From: Candidatus Bathyarchaeota archaeon
Lineage (GTDB): Archaea; Thermoproteota; Bathyarchaeia; Bathyarchaeales; Bathycorpusculaceae
DNA length: 64,000 nt
Direction of reading: 5' to 3'
NCBI GenBank assembly: GCA_963772455.1
Contig: CAVYXJ010000012.1
Coordinates: forward strand, 1 to 64,000
Part shown: positions 43,704 to 53,348 of the stretch, piece by piece
How positions within the stretch are numbered: position 1 is the stretch's first letter
How the letters are laid out: every line of letters begins with the position of its first letter
The notes under the pieces: generated by a model
What the model was told of the DNA's origin: nothing
Database searches by the model: none
What the model saw: only the letters and a program-made list of their open reading frames with translations
Position numbers and translations under genes: made by a program

Positions 43704-44440
43704 TCGTGTTTTGCCAAACATACAATACCGCCTAATTGCGTAAGGCGTGCACCTGCGTTTGATTCACTACTTATTACTCTTGTTTTAACTCCGTTTTTTG
43801 CAGCAATCATCATTAGACGATTTATTCTGTTTTTTTGGCGACTACTTGCAAGATAATCATCTGTTAACATTAAGTATTCAGGCTGAGGTTTTCCCGGTGC
43901 CTGAGGGTTTAAGATGAGAGTTTCTGCTTCTTGCAAAGAAAAGAGCACCAGATTATCGGTTTTACTTAGTCGTTTTTCGAGAATTTCAAGCAGGTTCTCG
44001 GTTTCTTCAGTTGCATTTTCCTGTATTAGTTGTTTGAAAGCGGATGTCTTAGTTAAGGCTGCTACTTGTGGAGGTGAGCTTGCGGAACCTGTTATTTGTG
44101 AGAATGATGCTTTGTTTGTTCCCTGAGTGAGCCATGCATGATGGGATTTAATGTGGCAAAGGAATTCTTGTGCATAGTTGGTTCTTGGAGGCGAAGCTAC
44201 TACCATGCTTCTTACGCCTTCTTTTAGAACTGGTCTTAATGCGTTTACGATGGTTTCATGGAAGTTGTAGAGTATTTTTTGGTCTTTTCGTTCACCATTT
44301 ATTGAAATAGTCTGTTGGGGTTTGGCAACTTGACTAAAGATCTGCCATAATGCTGCGTGGTCAGCCTCAATTCCAATTAGCATTGCCACAGGGTATCCGC
44401 GTCTATAGTTTTTCGGCTTCATCTTATTTCTGTTATTCAT
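43700..44440 (-). CDS. eRF1/Pelota domain 2-3-like protein lacking the N-terminal domain
   Basis: C-terminal ..VISSESNAGARLTQLGGIVCL parallels pelota ..VVSTEHEAGAKLIALGGIAAL; 246 aa. Confidence 0.7.
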   Translation of the reverse strand: MNNRNKMKPKNYRRGYPVAMLIGIEADHAALWQIFSQVAKPQQTISINGERKDQKILYNFHETIVNALRPVLKEGVRSMVVASPPRTNYAQEFLCHIKSHHAWLTQGTNKASFSQITGSASSPPQVAALTKTSAFKQLIQENATEETENLLEILEKRLSKTDNLVLFSLQEAETLILNPQAPGKPQPEYLMLTDDYLASSRQKNRINRLMMIAAKNGVKTRVISSESNAGARLTQLGGIVCLAKHD

Positions 44441-44526
44441 CTGTTGCCAAGGTTATTTTAGGTGTTGCTCTGAGAATAAAGTAGGAAAATTTAAGAAACA
44501 CTAAACTGTTTTTAACTTGGATAATT

Positions 44527-44853
44527 ATGCTCAAAGTATATACCCAAAAAGATCTTGATTCTGAATTAAAGAACAGTAAGCAAGTTTTGGCGTTATTTTA
44601 TTCTGCTTGGTGTCCTTATTGTGTTAGGTTTGTTCCAGTTTTTGATAAAACTGTCGCCAAAATGGGTTTTGAGCGAGTTATTCATGTGCTTTTAGATGAC
44701 TATGATAATCCAATGTGGGATGAATATGATGTACCGGCTGTACCTACAATTATTCTGTTTGAGGAAGGTAAGGTTAGTAAACGTCTAAATGGACAACTTG
44801 GTAGTGGTCTAAGTTTAGAGAAATTTAGGGTTTGGATTGAAGAATTTAAGTAA
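44527..44853 (+). CDS. thioredoxin family protein
   Basis: FYSAWCPYC, VPT. Confidence 0.9.
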   Translation: MLKVYTQKDLDSELKNSKQVLALFYSAWCPYCVRFVPVFDKTVAKMGFERVIHVLLDDYDNPMWDEYDVPAVPTIILFEEGKVSKRLNGQLGSGLSLEKFRVWIEEFK

Positions 44854-44934
44854 ATCTAAAAATATTTAAGTCGGATATTTTTTTTATAATTTTTTTGTTC
44901 TTAAAAAAGAAAAAAAGAAAAGAATTGTAGATTT

Positions 44935-45423
44935 TTAAGTTGGTGGTGGCGGTGGTGGTGGAGGCGTTGATTGGAATGCTTGTCTGGCTTGGATAACAAT
45001 TGTTCCTGCGTAGCGGTCGGTGAATTTTTGGCGTTTATCTCCAGTTGTAATGACTCCGATGAGCCAATCTAAGAATAGAAATAAACCGTAGATTTTGCTT
45101 ATGTTGCGTATAAATGATTTGCCGTATGGTACTTTTCCTCCGTTTACCATTTGCACTTGTAAGCCCATGAGTCTTTTTCCAATTGTTGCGCCCCAAGCTG
45201 TGTCAAGTATCATAAAGTAGAGAAACTGTAGAATTCCGAATATAAACGGAAGTATTAGCCAGCCTCCATATGCAAAAAAGAAAGGATTAGCAACAAATGC
45301 CGCTAGGATTATGACGAAATATATGATCGCTGCAGGAATGCCGATTATTATGCTGTCGATTATGTATGCGATTAAGCGGTAGAGCCAATGAGTAAAATCA
45401 ATTTGTTCATTACTAGTTGTCAT
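44935..45423 (-). CDS. RDD family membrane protein
   Basis: RLIAYIID, GATIGKRLMGL, SFIRN, QKFTD; poly-Pro tail; start taken at ATG 45423. Confidence 0.88.
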   Translation of the reverse strand: MTTSNEQIDFTHWLYRLIAYIIDSIIIGIPAAIIYFVIILAAFVANPFFFAYGGWLILPFIFGILQFLYFMILDTAWGATIGKRLMGLQVQMVNGGKVPYGKSFIRNISKIYGLFLFLDWLIGVITTGDKRQKFTDRYAGTIVIQARQAFQSTPPPPPPPPT

Positions 45424-45502
45424 TTTCTTATAAAACTCCTTATAACACTTTTGAGATTTTGTTATTAATATCTTTCTATCATTCAATATAGCCCTAAAGA
45501 AA

Positions 45503-46153
45503 TTAGGGTTTGAAACCGACTAAAAGCGCTAATTCCAGCCATTTCCAGTTGCAATCAACATCTACAAAACCGATTTCTCGCAACCATTCAAGTTGCGTAT
45601 GGACGTCTAAGAGTTTATTTGATGGATCTTCACTTTCGGGCGTCCAACCTATGGCTGATAAGAATTTCATATGCAAGTTTTCGGTTGATGAAGACACGTG
45701 TTCGAGGTTACAGAATATGCCTTTTGGGTTTAGAAGGTAAAATATTTCTGTGTAGAGTTGTTTTTTTCTTGGATGTGTCAAATGATGAATCGCTAAACTA
45801 GAGACGACTGCATCAAAACGTCCCAATTGGTCTGTGGGAAGAGGCAAGCTGAAATCATGCTTAATTATTGAAACGTGTTTATCGTGTCCGAATCGTTTTT
45901 TTGCTTGTTCAATCATCGGATCAGAAAAATCAAGAGCAACTCCATCAACAGCTTGATTATTCAATCTAATCAAGGCAAGCAATCTTCCGTCGCCGGTGCC
46001 CAAATCCAGAACCCGCTTGGCGTTAATTGGAATTTGTTCCAATAATGCTTTTTCGCCTTCTGTGCGATGGGGCAGTTTGTCTGCTCTTGCTAAATATGTG
46101 AGTGCATGCTCGATTGTTTGCCATTCGTTTGTTGGTGTAACTTGGTTTGGCAT
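45503..46153 (-). CDS. class I SAM-dependent methyltransferase
   Basis: VLDLGTGDG, FDAVVSSLAIHHL. Confidence 0.9.
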   Translation of the reverse strand: MPNQVTPTNEWQTIEHALTYLARADKLPHRTEGEKALLEQIPINAKRVLDLGTGDGRLLALIRLNNQAVDGVALDFSDPMIEQAKKRFGHDKHVSIIKHDFSLPLPTDQLGRFDAVVSSLAIHHLTHPRKKQLYTEIFYLLNPKGIFCNLEHVSSSTENLHMKFLSAIGWTPESEDPSNKLLDVHTQLEWLREIGFVDVDCNWKWLELALLVGFKP

Positions 46154-46301
46154 GTTTTGACCCTTTTTTGATTAGGTTGTGAAATGAATATTCTAATTAA
46201 AGTTTGTTACCTCTTCCACTCTGATTTTATTTGATTTAAAAAAATAAGCCTTATATCTTATTTGTTTGCTTTATGGAAAGGTAAAGTGAGGATTTTGATT
46301 T

Positions 46302-46652
46302 ATGGAGTTTTGTCCAAAATGCGGTTGCCGTCTTGAACCAAAAAGAACCGTTGGCAACGCTTTTGAATTATGCTGCTCAAAATGTAACTTTACAAAGCAG
46401 CCTGTAGATAAGAAAACTGAGGCGCGAACAGGCGCAGTTATAACGCCTAAACTTAAACCCAAACCTTTCATGACTATTATTTCTGAAGAAGAGTCAAAGA
46501 TGCAAACTATGCAGACAATAAAAATGAAGTGTGATAAATGCGACAACAACATGGTTTATGTATGGCAAGTGCAGACTCGCGGCGGCGATGAAGCGTCAAC
46601 TCAGTTTATGCGATGTACAAAATGCGGTCACACGTTCAGAGAATACACTTAA
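46302..46652 (+). CDS. tfs: transcription factor S (TFS)
   Basis: Two Zn ribbons; QTRGGDEAST acidic hairpin. Confidence 0.93.
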   Translation: MEFCPKCGCRLEPKRTVGNAFELCCSKCNFTKQPVDKKTEARTGAVITPKLKPKPFMTIISEEESKMQTMQTIKMKCDKCDNNMVYVWQVQTRGGDEASTQFMRCTKCGHTFREYT

Positions 46653-46711
46653 TTTTTGGAAAGTTATTAAAGCATGTTATCGCTATAGGAATAATCTCGG
46701 AGTAAAACCCG

Positions 46712-46804
46712 ATGCCGAAAAAAGAAAAACCGTTAACAAAGAAAGAACGCGATGAGAAACGTAAAGCAAAGAAAGACAAGAAGAGCAAAACACAGACTAG
46801 TTAA
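46712..46804 (+). CDS. possible 30-aa Lys-rich peptide (not in ORF track)
   Basis: MPKKEKPLTKKERDEKRKAKKDKKSKTQTS with ggag upstream. Confidence 0.35.
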   Translation: MPKKEKPLTKKERDEKRKAKKDKKSKTQTS

Positions 46805-46923
46805 ATTAGTCTGAACTTGTTTTTACTCTCCCCTTACAGTTTTATTTTTTTTTCTATTTTAATAATTAAATAATTGATATTGTTTTGAATGGTTTATTTT
46901 TATTTGACATTGCACATTAGTGG

Positions 46924-47004
46924 TTGCCTATGATGATTAACACGTCAGTCTGAGATGGATTGGTAGTCCTACAAATGATGTCAGTTATACGAATTCTGAG
47001 GCAA
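46924..47004 (+). ncRNA. C/D-box sRNA 1
   Basis: Terminal stem ttgcc/ggcaa; box C atgatga 46930; D' ctga 46950; C' atgatgt 46975; D ctga 46996. Confidence 0.8.
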
Positions 47005-47046
47005 TACATTTCTTTTTTAAGCATAGATAAGTTAACTTAATCGTTT

Positions 47047-47138
47047 AGCGCCTGTGATGAGAATTGCACGAAAGTATGGAGTTACAGATAATTCTGTTGC
47101 TCTTACATGACTGAAAAAAATAACGGTTCTGAGGCGCT
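47047..47138 (+). ncRNA. C/D-box sRNA 2
   Basis: Terminal stem agcgcc/ggcgct; box C gtgatga 47054; D ctga 47129; internal hairpin; degenerate C'/D'. Confidence 0.7.
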
Positions 47139-47198
47139 CAAATTTATTTTAATGGACAAAGTTAATTACAATCACCTAACGATATAGCTACGATTATT

Positions 47199-47519
47199 AT
47201 GAACAAACCTGCTCCAATTGCTTACTGCTGGTTCATTCGAGATGGAGAAAAATTAATCCAGACAACCAAAGAAGGCTTTGACAAAGCCATAGTTGAAGGT
47301 AAAAGTGTAAAATACCGGGGGTATGCAAATAAAAGAGCTGAGAACATTTCTGAGCAATTGGAAAAATCTCGAATGGAGTTTCTTTCGAATCCTGAGCTTT
47401 CCCCAAAATTCCGAACCGCTATAACTAATCCGAGCAATGTCTGTGAAGTTCAAATCATACAAGCTGATGATCCTCTATTTTGGGTAAAAGAAGCAAAACG
47501 TCCAAAATATCATCAATAA
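47199..47519 (+). CDS. hypothetical protein
   Basis: 106-aa ATG ORF followed by a T-rich tract. Confidence 0.6.
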   Translation: MNKPAPIAYCWFIRDGEKLIQTTKEGFDKAIVEGKSVKYRGYANKRAENISEQLEKSRMEFLSNPELSPKFRTAITNPSNVCEVQIIQADDPLFWVKEAKRPKYHQ

Positions 47520-47567
47520 ATTATTTTAAAGAATTTTTATTTCTCTACCTTTCATATCATCGCATTT

Positions 47568-47771
47568 TTAGAGTGGTCTTCTTCCAACTCTTCTCAGCAA
47601 CAAGTTAGCTACAGCTGCCACAGCCAAATCAGCTACAACCCAAACAAGAAAAGAAATATGTAGAAAAATAGCTAAAACTGTAATTAGCATAAGAAGAGTA
47701 ATTGCAATTATCCCTATCGTTCTTTTTCTGCGGCGAATTTTTTCATAATCAACATCAACCTTAGGAGCCAT
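47568..47771 (-). CDS. small 2-TM membrane protein
   Basis: Two hydrophobic segments flanked by Arg clusters. Confidence 0.65.
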   Translation of the reverse strand: MAPKVDVDYEKIRRRKRTIGIIAITLLMLITVLAIFLHISFLVWVVADLAVAAVANLLLRRVGRRPL

Positions 47772-47921
47772 ATTCAGTCACTCTTATCCTCATAATCAAC
47801 TGTATCTAAAATACATTAAAGAATTATCTTCTTTTTTTTTCCAAAAGTTCGAGTTAATGAATTATTTCTTCTTTTTCACCGCACAACCTAAATAAACCAT
47901 TTTGCCCCATCCACATTTACC

Positions 47922-48455
47922 TTGAAGTTCGAAAATGTCATCTTCCCTGATTCTGTGGGTTTCCAATGCAAAAATTGTGGCATTTGCTGTCGAATGCAGC
48001 CACCCGACATAAGTAAAACTGAACAAAAACGAATTGAGGCCAGAGGTTTCAAAGGTTTTTTGAGTGAACCTGACGAAAATGGAGTCTGTTGGATTCACAG
48101 AAAAGAAGATGGCGCCTGTTTCTTTCTTACAAAAGAAAACAAATGTGCAATCTATCCAGTTAGACCCCAAGTATGCAGGTTAGAACCATTTACCATCGTA
48201 GACTACGATTACAAGAAAAATATTATTGAATTACAATTGAACTTTCCATTTGCACAATGTTGTATAGGAGCATGTGATGAGAAAGCCGATCCACCTATTC
48301 AAGAAATTGGGCGGGCTGCTCAAATTCTTGTGCAAAAAATCTTGGCCTTAACAGCAAATGACCTTGATCTTCCAATAACTGATGAGAGGGTTCTTTCTGA
48401 AACTCGATCGAGGTTACTTCGCAGAACTGTTGAGATGGCAGACCTACAATTGTGA
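47922..48455 (+). CDS. YkgJ family cysteine-cluster protein
   Basis: FQCKNCGICC, CFFL, CAIYPVRPQVCRLEPF. Confidence 0.9.
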   Translation: MKFENVIFPDSVGFQCKNCGICCRMQPPDISKTEQKRIEARGFKGFLSEPDENGVCWIHRKEDGACFFLTKENKCAIYPVRPQVCRLEPFTIVDYDYKKNIIELQLNFPFAQCCIGACDEKADPPIQEIGRAAQILVQKILALTANDLDLPITDERVLSETRSRLLRRTVEMADLQL

Positions 48456-48607
48456 TTAAGATTGAATTCTTTTGAGATATAAAATGTTGAAGAAGTCAAG
48501 TCTGTGAAGAAGGATGACTTAATGATTTAAGTTCTTAAAAAATTTTTAATATTATTAAAAAAGAAAAAGGATTATTGTTAAACGAGTAAGATGTTAAGCT
48601 TATGAGC

Positions 48608-48751
48608 TTAGTATCGGCGTGGTGGTCTTCGTTTTGCGTAGCATTCTCGGCAGTATACTGGCCTGCTTCCGTCTGGCTTGAAAGGAACATCACATTCTTT
48701 TCCGCAGTCTGCGCAGGTTGCCTTGTGCATCTCTTTTGGATATGAGGACAT
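48608..48751 (-). CDS. CxxC-x17-CxxC zinc-ribbon protein (not in ORF track)
   Basis: MSSYPKEMHKATCADCGKECDVPFKPDGSRPVYCRECYAKRRPPRRY, 47 aa. Confidence 0.9.
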   Translation of the reverse strand: MSSYPKEMHKATCADCGKECDVPFKPDGSRPVYCRECYAKRRPPRRY

Positions 48752-49111
48752 TTAATTTTTCACTTCCTGTTTTATTGCTTTTGCAAATTACTTTGCAAGG
48801 TTGTTTAATGCTGACCTTACTATAAAGCTTATCCGTAGACAAAAAACAAAAGAGGTATTTCTTCACTTACAATTTTTAGGGTTACTTTCTTAAATATTTC
48901 TCATTTACAGCCATAAAACGTTTAAATGGATAAAAAAGAATTGAACTATTAATCAAAGAAGTTAATTGTCGAAATAATCTTTGGTATAATTATTTGTCAA
49001 CTATTGAGTGTGCTGTTTTGACTTTTTTTCTAATGTTCTAAATGGTACAATTTTTTCAGATTTTGTAGTGTAGATGTCACAAAATATAAGTTGAACTTGA
49101 TTCTTAGTTGT

Positions 49112-49351
49112 TTATGCAGGTCTGGGAGCAAGCTTTAGATGTAATGCATTGAGGCATAGAGTGCATTAATTAGAACAGCGAAAAATTAGTGCGCGATAAA
49201 GTCTTTGCCTTTATGGGCTGAACATGCATAGCGTTGGAATCATCTAAGCTGTGAAGTGGTAGGTTCAAAACGGCTGCAAGAATCTGCTGCGATTAAGGAA
49301 TTGCTTAGGTGGGTCGTAACCAGCGATAAGGCTCAGACTAGACCTGTGTAA
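49112..49351 (+). ncRNA. unidentified ~240-nt multi-stem structured RNA
   Basis: 14-bp terminal helix 49112-49125/49338-49351, several nested helices, TATA at 49083-49090, inverted repeat plus T-run at 49355-49404; no long ORF. Confidence 0.7.
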
Positions 49352-49605
49352 TTTAAGTGGAAAAAAATAGATATAGAAATATTCTAAAAATTCCACTTTT
49401 TTTTAATATTTAATTGAACGAGTCTTGGTTTTAGTTTAATGCGTCTATTCTTTGAAGAGCTTTATCTTTTTTATATGACATAGTTATTTACAGAATTTTT
49501 GCCAAGTGTTGTATAGTTAGTAAAGAAAGTTTGACTAAGCATTTTTAAAAGTTAGTAAAGAAACCTTTACGAAAAAGCTCTTAAGAACTGGGCATCAACG
49601 ATATT

Positions 49606-50801
49606 TTGATGGAAATGAAAGCTTTCAATACTTTAATTCTGGCAGTAATGATCGTTTCTATTTCTATTGTTTTCTTTCCTGTGAGTGCTAACGATAATTT
49701 TTCGGTAGGTGTCAAAAAAGGTGATTGGATTGAATATACCGTTAACATTACGGGTCCTACTTCGGCTCCAATTCATAATATCAGTTGGTTTAGAATTGAA
49801 ATTTTAGATGTTGAGGGTGTAGCGTTTGATGCAAATGTTACGGTTAGGAATGTTAATGGGTCATTGAGCAGTTCGATTTGGGAGTTTAACTTCTCCGAGG
49901 GGAATGTTGAAGGTTGGGTAATAATTCCTTCGAACTTAGGTGTTGGCGATATTTTTTATGATTCTTCAAAGCCTGCAAACATTACTATTTTGGGTGAAGA
50001 ACAAAAAATTGTGGCTGGTGCAACCCGAACAATAACACATTCTTCTGATTCTACAAGACCGATCAAGGAATGGGATAAAGCTACAGGTGTATACACTTAT
50101 TCGGTAGAATACCCAAAAAACTTCACAGTAATATCCCAAGCTATTTCAACAAATATGTGGAATCCTCAAACTCTGGACTTAAACAAGACGACATTTAACG
50201 CAGTGGTTGCGCTAAGTATTGTTTTAACAGGATTCATTGCATCGTCTTTAGTTATTACACGAAGAGATAAAATAAGAAAGCTCACTTTGATTCATTCATC
50301 GCAAGGAAAAATCGCAGTCCTTACTATTCTTAGCAACAGTTTTAGGAATAATTGGAGCCATAGTGTTCTTCCCTTTTTCTATAGGTAGGGTTGAGTTTTG
50401 CTGAGATTAACCTTATTATGCAAACTATATGGACAAGTTTGATTTTAGTGAGCATGTTTTTTAGATTTAAAGGAAAATATTTTGTTCATGAGATTACAAT
50501 GTTAATTGCAATTTGTGCCTTGTTAGTTAGTTTTTCTGCTGTAATATTTATGGGTCCGCTAACTACCAGTTCCGCTTTCTCTAGTTCACTTTCTCGTTTG
50601 GTTATGAATAGTTTGCATGGTATTTTTTCTATTCCCGCAATAGTTTTTGGAGTATGGCTAGTATTACTTTGGCGTCCAGGGTCAGATTCGTTTGCGTTTA
50701 AGAGTAAAAGAATAGCGCAATTAACAATAATTTTTTGGGTCCCATCGTATGTGGTGGGTGTTTTAGATTTTATTTTACTTCATACCAGTTTCTTTGGATA
50801 A
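49606..50801 (+). CDS. secreted beta-rich domain fused to DUF420-like TM domain, frameshifted near 50330-50390
   Basis: ORF 49606-50388 (VGVKKGDWIEY) and ORF 50391-50801 (SFAEINL...HEITM...SLHG) are bridged by a TM segment in another frame. Confidence 0.6.
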
Positions 50802-50913
50802 AAAAAATCTTTTTTCTTGTTGTGAACATAAAAAAAATTGTGTTTATTAATGTTCAATATTTGACAAGTATTAAAAAGAAAAAAATCGCTTTAAAGGTAA
50901 GGGGAAAGGGAAT

Positions 50914-51051
50914 TTGGAACAAGAGAGAAGCGATATAACTGATTTGATAGAATACCGTGAGTCAGTAAATAATCAACCTGAAACGCAGTTCCAGAAAATA
51001 ACTTTGGAAATTGTAGATAAGGCAATAGAGAACCTATTGAAAAAACGTTAA
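50914..51051 (+). CDS. possible 45-aa helical protein (not in ORF track)
   Basis: TTG start after ggggaaaggg: MEQERSDITDLIEYRESVNNQPETQFQKITLEIVDKAIENLLKKR. Confidence 0.3.
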   Translation: MEQERSDITDLIEYRESVNNQPETQFQKITLEIVDKAIENLLKKR

Positions 51052-51683
51052 TCTCAAGATTATGGTTTATTTTTTTAACTCAAAAGGAAGCCAAAACTCA
51101 GCTAATCACAATATCAGTAACGTGCATGTATAACAGAGAATTTTAACTGTCAAAAAACCTGTTGAAACTGTCTTGGTTTCCGTGCCCGAATAAAATGGCA
51201 TGAAATACTGGCAATCCAATGTGAGCTCTAATTCCGAGTGAGCCAACCTCACTATCACATTTTGTCTCCAAATGAGCCTCATCATTATGGTAAATTTGGA
51301 TGTCATGGTAAATATTTGGCAAAACAAAGTTATGCTTCAAGAAAATATATTTAAGAGAAGAAGAAGAGAAAAAAATTTGCACTTCTTCTACCTTTAACAT
51401 TCTTCTACTTGGATGGAGAATCATTTTACTACGACTTTCACGGAATCCGCAATGCGTTGGCGGTTGGGTGAGATCCAAAAGTGAGGCATGTTTGGAAGCC
51501 TCTTAGGTCTTCAGACGTTTTTGATATGGCTAATGCAGTTGCAGCTCTCTACAGTAACGGTTTAGGAATTTTAGGAGAAGAACCCGAAATCGCTTATGAC
51601 ATGATGGGTTGGCCTAAAACAAAGCTGTTGGAGCGCGAAGAAAATATGTCTTCTGCGCCCCCTCGTCTATACCCGTTGCATCG

Positions 51684-52064
51684 TTATCCTTCGACTTTTA
51701 CTGTAAATCCTCCCACCGAGAAACGTTTCATGTCAAATGGCATTGAGACATCTTTCTTTCCTTCTGCCTGCTTCATCCCTTCTTCCATCACTTTTGCATT
51801 GATTTCATCCCGCTTCTCTTTAGACTCATAAACAATAAAGGAGAACCATACCGTGTCGGTTGGTTGCGCTTTTGTTAACTCCCTAAATGAAAGTGGCTTC
51901 ATGCCGCCCATGTCTTTTGGTTCAAGATCTTCACCAGCACATTCCATGTATTCGAGTGCGCCATATTTCATCCACATATCCCGTCCTTCCCGAGCCATTT
52001 TTTCGTATTCTTCAACCTTGTCTTTAGGAACCACAAACACAAAACCATCAACATATTTCGCCAA
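51684..52064 (-). CDS. DUF1428 (YbaA-like) protein, copy 2
   Basis: About 70% identical by manual alignment to 30857-31246. Confidence 0.9.
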   Translation of the reverse strand: MAKYVDGFVFVVPKDKVEEYEKMAREGRDMWMKYGALEYMECAGEDLEPKDMGGMKPLSFRELTKAQPTDTVWFSFIVYESKEKRDEINAKVMEEGMKQAEGKKDVSMPFDMKRFSVGGFTVKVEG

Positions 52065-52204
52065 AACGCTTCACCTAACTATTGGGATTAATGGACCTGT
52101 GGATTTGAGCTTTTGTGGTTGTTTATCGGTAGTCACAAGTATAGTGTCTAGAAGAACTCTAACAAAAATATAGAACATCGGAGAGCAAAAAATTACTAAG
52201 CCCA

Positions 52205-52227
52205 AAGGCGAGTTACAACCAACACAC
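52205..52227 (+). repeat. 22/23-nt copy of the RNase P RNA 3' segment, inverted relative to rnpB
   Basis: aaggcgagttacaaccaacacac versus the reverse complement of 57163-57185, aaggcgggttacaaccaacacac. Confidence 0.85.
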
Positions 52228-52243
52228 AACACCCACTTGCCTG

Positions 52244-52618
52244 TTAAATTATTTTTATTCTTTCATCGTTTATGTTAGCAAATTTTTTGTCTCTTGTTAA
52301 CAATTCTTCGTCGTTGGCAAGTGAAATTCCAGCGATAAGCAAGTCATTCTCGTTAATCATCTTTCCGTTTTCTTTCAGTCTCTCATAAACTGAGGCTGCT
52401 TTTCTAGCAGATGCACTATCAAAGGGGCAGACAGTTATTTCCGATAAGAAATCCTCCGCAAGGTGCTTTTTCAGAGCATTTTTATGCTTAAGCAATTCAT
52501 ACTCCGTTATCGTGGTTGTTTTGAGGTGCTCTGTCTTAGCGAACTTCTTCACGAAAGCGATAACCTTTTCGTCGCCTGCTAGGAAAGCTATTATAACGCT
52601 TGTATCGAGGAAGGTCAT
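52244..52618 (-). CDS. vapC: VapC PIN-domain toxin
   Basis: FLDTSVII, TEYEL, NDLLIAG, LLTRDKKF. Confidence 0.92.
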   Translation of the reverse strand: MTFLDTSVIIAFLAGDEKVIAFVKKFAKTEHLKTTTITEYELLKHKNALKKHLAEDFLSEITVCPFDSASARKAASVYERLKENGKMINENDLLIAGISLANDEELLTRDKKFANINDERIKII

Positions 52619-52851
52619 TTGCTCTCTTCAAAGTCCCTTCCGTAGTTAACTTCTCTTTCGGCAGCTATTGTTGCGTTCAATTCCTCAAGTTTCTTTCTTT
52701 CGTTTTTCATGGAACCCGCGAAACGCATAATATCCTTTTTTTCTTCTTTTAAACATAGGTTTTCTTTTATGACCTCTGAAAAGCTCTTTTTGCCTTTTCT
52801 TTTTGAGAGAAGTTCGTAGACTTCATTTGAAATTGAAATCTGCCTTGCCAC
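52615..52851 (-). CDS. vapB: VapB-family antitoxin
   Basis: RQISISNEVYELL...SFSEVI...FAGS; 4-nt overlap with vapC. Confidence 0.88.
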   Translation of the reverse strand: MARQISISNEVYELLSKRKGKKSFSEVIKENLCLKEEKKDIMRFAGSMKNERKKLEELNATIAAEREVNYGRDFEESK

Positions 52852-52861
52852 ATTTATCGCC

Positions 52862-52876
52862 TATACATAATGTATA
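52862..52876. promoter_or_regulatory. palindromic operator of vapBC
   Basis: TATACAT-A-ATGTATA, 10 nt upstream of the vapB start. Confidence 0.6.
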
Positions 52877-53348
52877 CATGGCACAGCAATAAACATTTTC
52901 AATACATTTTTGATAAACAACAGATTCCTATCCCGATTCCCTCGAGAGTTTGCCCTTTAAATCTTGAAATAAGAAAAACTGTAAACCTTAATTTGTTTTT
53001 CACACTTTCACTATTTCGTAGTTGTTTTGACCTTGCTTAAAAAATTATGCAGGAACTATGAAGAGGTCTGTTTTACTGTTATTTTTCTAAAATGGAAGTA
53101 AACAGCAATAGCTACCAAGATTATTCTTATAGACTCAATTACTAACTACAACTACCATGAACTTCTTTTCGGGCCTATTTTTGTAATCACTTAAGCCTTG
53201 GGTTTACAGTCGCAGAATTATTTATTCTCTTTTTCAGTTAAGTGCATATGATTTTTTTTGGGTTGTGTTGTACAATTGATCTATTTGTTAAGTAAATCGT
53301 AACATTTAATATAATATTGTTATTAAATTTTTCTTGGGGCAAAGATAA

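Noticed and set aside
51106-51831. Several overlapping short ORFs
   Set aside because: No recognisable motifs; one is largely antisense to DUF1428 copy 2; may be decayed DNA but cannot be supported.
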